From Armatimonadia bacterium (GTDB lineage: Bacteria > Armatimonadota > Zipacnadia > Zipacnadales > UBA11051): a stretch of 17,133 bases of DNA. The number at the start of each line of letters is the position of its first letter. Positions within the stretch are counted from its first letter, which is position 1. Where the stretch lies: assembly GCA_039683575.1 (NCBI GenBank), contig JBDKRC010000296.1:1-17133 (forward strand), in the 5' to 3' direction. The position numbers were made by a program, and so were the translations under genes. Under the pieces are notes generated by a model that was not told the DNA's origin, did not search any database, and saw nothing but the letters and a program-made list of their open reading frames with translations. Below, piece by piece: positions 15,045 to 17,133 of this stretch.

Positions 15045-16934
15045 CTACTGCACCTTCCAGCTATACAAATGCGACGCGCTGCCGAAGTAGATCTTGCCGT
15101 CCAGATAGTCCCCGCCCGGCCCCACCGGCACCGGCGACTCTACCAGCAGCTTGATCTCGTACGTCTTCGGGTCCAGCTTCGCAATGCCCTTGCTCAAGAG
15201 GATATAGATCGTGCCATCGGGCGCCTTGACGAAGACCCGCGGCCCCTGCTGGCCATTGGTCCGCCCCAGTTCAGGCTCGATGTCCTTTTCATAGATGATC
15301 TGCCGCGTCTTGGAGTCGAACACAAAGTACCGCTTGGAGTCCGCAAACCCATACACGAGCCCGTCCGGCCCCGCGCACAGGTCCGTGTAGGTGCTCACAT
15401 TCGGCAGCAGCGGCGCATGCCACTCGATCTTCTTGGTCCCCAGGTCAAACACATAAAGCTCCGCCAACTTCGCCTTCACCGCCCCGCCGGTGCCCGCCGC
15501 GATCGTCGAGCCCCCCAGCACCTTCCCATCCGGCAGCGCCACCAGCGACATCGTTGACTGATCGGGCAGCAGCTCCGTGTGCTTGAGCACCACCGCCTCT
15601 TTCTTCTCCCGGTCCCAGATCAGCATCCCGCCGCCCGTCAGCCCATAGCCCGGCGTTCCCACCATGACCAGCGTCTTACCGTCCGGGTGCGCCAGCAGGT
15701 CATGCGGCCGCAGGACCACCTCGCCCGCCTCCGCCAGCCACAGCGGGTTGCCCGCCGCGGCCTTCTTGGTGTTCACCCACGGCTGCGTCGGGTCCCATTC
15801 CAGCAAGAACCCGTGCGTGTAGCCACCGGTATACCACCGGTCCCCCTGCGTCGCGACGGTGTTGAACTGCAAGAACGCCTCCTCGTTGACCCACTTGTCG
15901 GTCTTGGGATCGTACGAGAAGAACCGCATCGGGAACGCCGTCCCGCCGCACAGCGTCTGGTTCGGCGCCACGTTCACGCCCATCAGATGCGCCCCATCGC
16001 TGGTGTAGTCGAAGTCCACCGTCCGCGTCTTGCCTTCCTTGTCCGCCACCACGAGCTTGCGGTTGATCAGATCAAGCTGCTTGAGCGCCTGTCCGTCCGC
16101 CCAGCGGTTATGAAATAGGCTCTGGCTCGAGGCGATGATCGGCTTGAGCTTCATGTCAGGCTTGGCCGGCAGGTCCGTCCGTACCCCTTTGTAAAGCTCC
16201 ATCCACTTCCCCGGCGTCCCGCCGTCATGCCCATAGACCTTCCCGTTCAGGTCCCGGTAAACCGCCCCGCTGCCATGGGCGCGGTCGGCCTCGGGCACCA
16301 GCGGTGTCGCCTCGCCCGTCACAGGGTTGAGGCCGATGATCTGGCTCGCGGTGCTTCCGATGCCGAAGTAGATGTAGCCGGTGTCATCGGCGGCAACGTA
16401 ACGCGGATACTGCGCCCAATTCTGCTTGTACAGGGACCCGTAGTCCCTGAACTCTTGCGTCTTGGGGTTGTAGGATACCAGCCCGCTGTTGGGGTAGGTG
16501 GCCGACCAGATGGTCCCGCTGTCATCCTCGGTCATGCTCATGGCCATGCAATGCGCGGTCTTGTGGAAGCTCGCCCACTTACGCGCGACGGGATCGAATT
16601 CGAAGAAGTAGGGGCCATAGTGGGTATAGAAGCGATTGTTGCTGGCGAGAATGGACGCGAAGGGGGCCTCCCCACCAGTGGGAGCAGGCATCGGAAACTC
16701 CTCCGCCTTCCCGGTCTCAGCATCGACCATCAGCAGTTCGTAACCGCCACGATGGTCCATCAGCCACGACAAAACGACATTTCTTCCGGTCCCATCCACA
16801 GTAACCACAGTCCCGCGATGATTGCTCATAGGCGTGGCGACGCCATGGTCAGTAAAGCCATTGCCAAGGTCCTTGCTCGCAGCAAAGGCACCAGTAGCGA
16901 GTAATGCGAGAGCGACGATAAGCCAGTTGTACAT
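15045..16934 (-). CDS. Secreted beta-propeller repeat protein (PQQ/Vgb-like repeats), function unknown
   Basis: Signal peptide MYNWLIVALALLATGAFA. Repeated blade-like motifs (PDGKTLV, LPDGKVLGG, GPDGLVYG, APDGTIYI, YDPKT). RBS AAAGGA. Confidence 0.8.
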   Translation of the reverse strand: MYNWLIVALALLATGAFAASKDLGNGFTDHGVATPMSNHRGTVVTVDGTGRNVVLSWLMDHRGGYELLMVDAETGKAEEFPMPAPTGGEAPFASILASNNRFYTHYGPYFFEFDPVARKWASFHKTAHCMAMSMTEDDSGTIWSATYPNSGLVSYNPKTQEFRDYGSLYKQNWAQYPRYVAADDTGYIYFGIGSTASQIIGLNPVTGEATPLVPEADRAHGSGAVYRDLNGKVYGHDGGTPGKWMELYKGVRTDLPAKPDMKLKPIIASSQSLFHNRWADGQALKQLDLINRKLVVADKEGKTRTVDFDYTSDGAHLMGVNVAPNQTLCGGTAFPMRFFSYDPKTDKWVNEEAFLQFNTVATQGDRWYTGGYTHGFLLEWDPTQPWVNTKKAAAGNPLWLAEAGEVVLRPHDLLAHPDGKTLVMVGTPGYGLTGGGMLIWDREKKEAVVLKHTELLPDQSTMSLVALPDGKVLGGSTIAAGTGGAVKAKLAELYVFDLGTKKIEWHAPLLPNVSTYTDLCAGPDGLVYGFADSKRYFVFDSKTRQIIYEKDIEPELGRTNGQQGPRVFVKAPDGTIYILLSKGIAKLDPKTYEIKLLVESPVPVGPGGDYLDGKIYFGSASHLYSWKVQ

Positions 16935-17110
16935 GAAGCTGTCCTTTCGTTACACAGCCTGCGACGCGGGGAGGTTTCGGTGGGCAGGGGGAGGATACCT
17001 GCCGGCACTGATCCGGACAGTTTCGCAGTAATGTGGAAGAAAACGGAGGGACACAGCATGAAGATGATGAAGATGCTTATGTCGTTATTCCACCAGGGAG
17101 GGGAATTCCC

Positions 17111-17133
17111 ATGCTACGACGAGTCTTTGTGGT
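17111..17133 (+). CDS. Possible 5' end of a downstream gene (truncated by window edge)
   Basis: GGAGG RBS shortly before ATG CTA CGA CGA GTC TTT GTG (MLRRVFV, signal-peptide-like). An alternative ATG at 17058 also has a GGAGG. Confidence 0.35.

Noticed and set aside
17058-17076. ATGAAGATG tandem repeat / Met-rich leader peptide
   Set aside because: Only two short units, and the ORF runs off the window edge, so it cannot be evaluated.

Overview
High-GC bacterial chromosomal window. The prepilin/DUF1559 N-terminus '[32 protein letters not shown]' suggests an Armatimonadota-like host (inference). Genes in order: class II fructose-bisphosphate aldolase; a REP-associated tyrosine transposase (RAYT) bracketed by two near-identical 77-bp REP doublets; a double-length (fused) UvrA with a GAAC-N4-GTTC LexA box inside its promoter; a Gfo/Idh/MocA oxidoreductase; an orphan NarL/LuxR response regulator; a small membrane/zinc-ribbon protein; a secreted GH51-like glycoside hydrolase; a prepilin-type DUF1559/H-X9-DG protein; and two uncharacterised, probably beta-propeller proteins. 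Three families of palindromic intergenic repeats occur, with compensatory base changes and composite arrangements. The most intriguing unexplained feature is the intergenic segment ~10297-10471. It has an ECF-type promoter candidate, then ~30 nt that are the reverse complement of a prepilin gene start (R-A-G-F-T-L-I-E-L), then competing hairpins and a stem ending in T8. This is a candidate ~145-nt sRNA, guide RNA or attenuator that may recognise the conserved 5' end of the prepilin/DUF1559 gene family. It is a hypothesis from sequence reading only.
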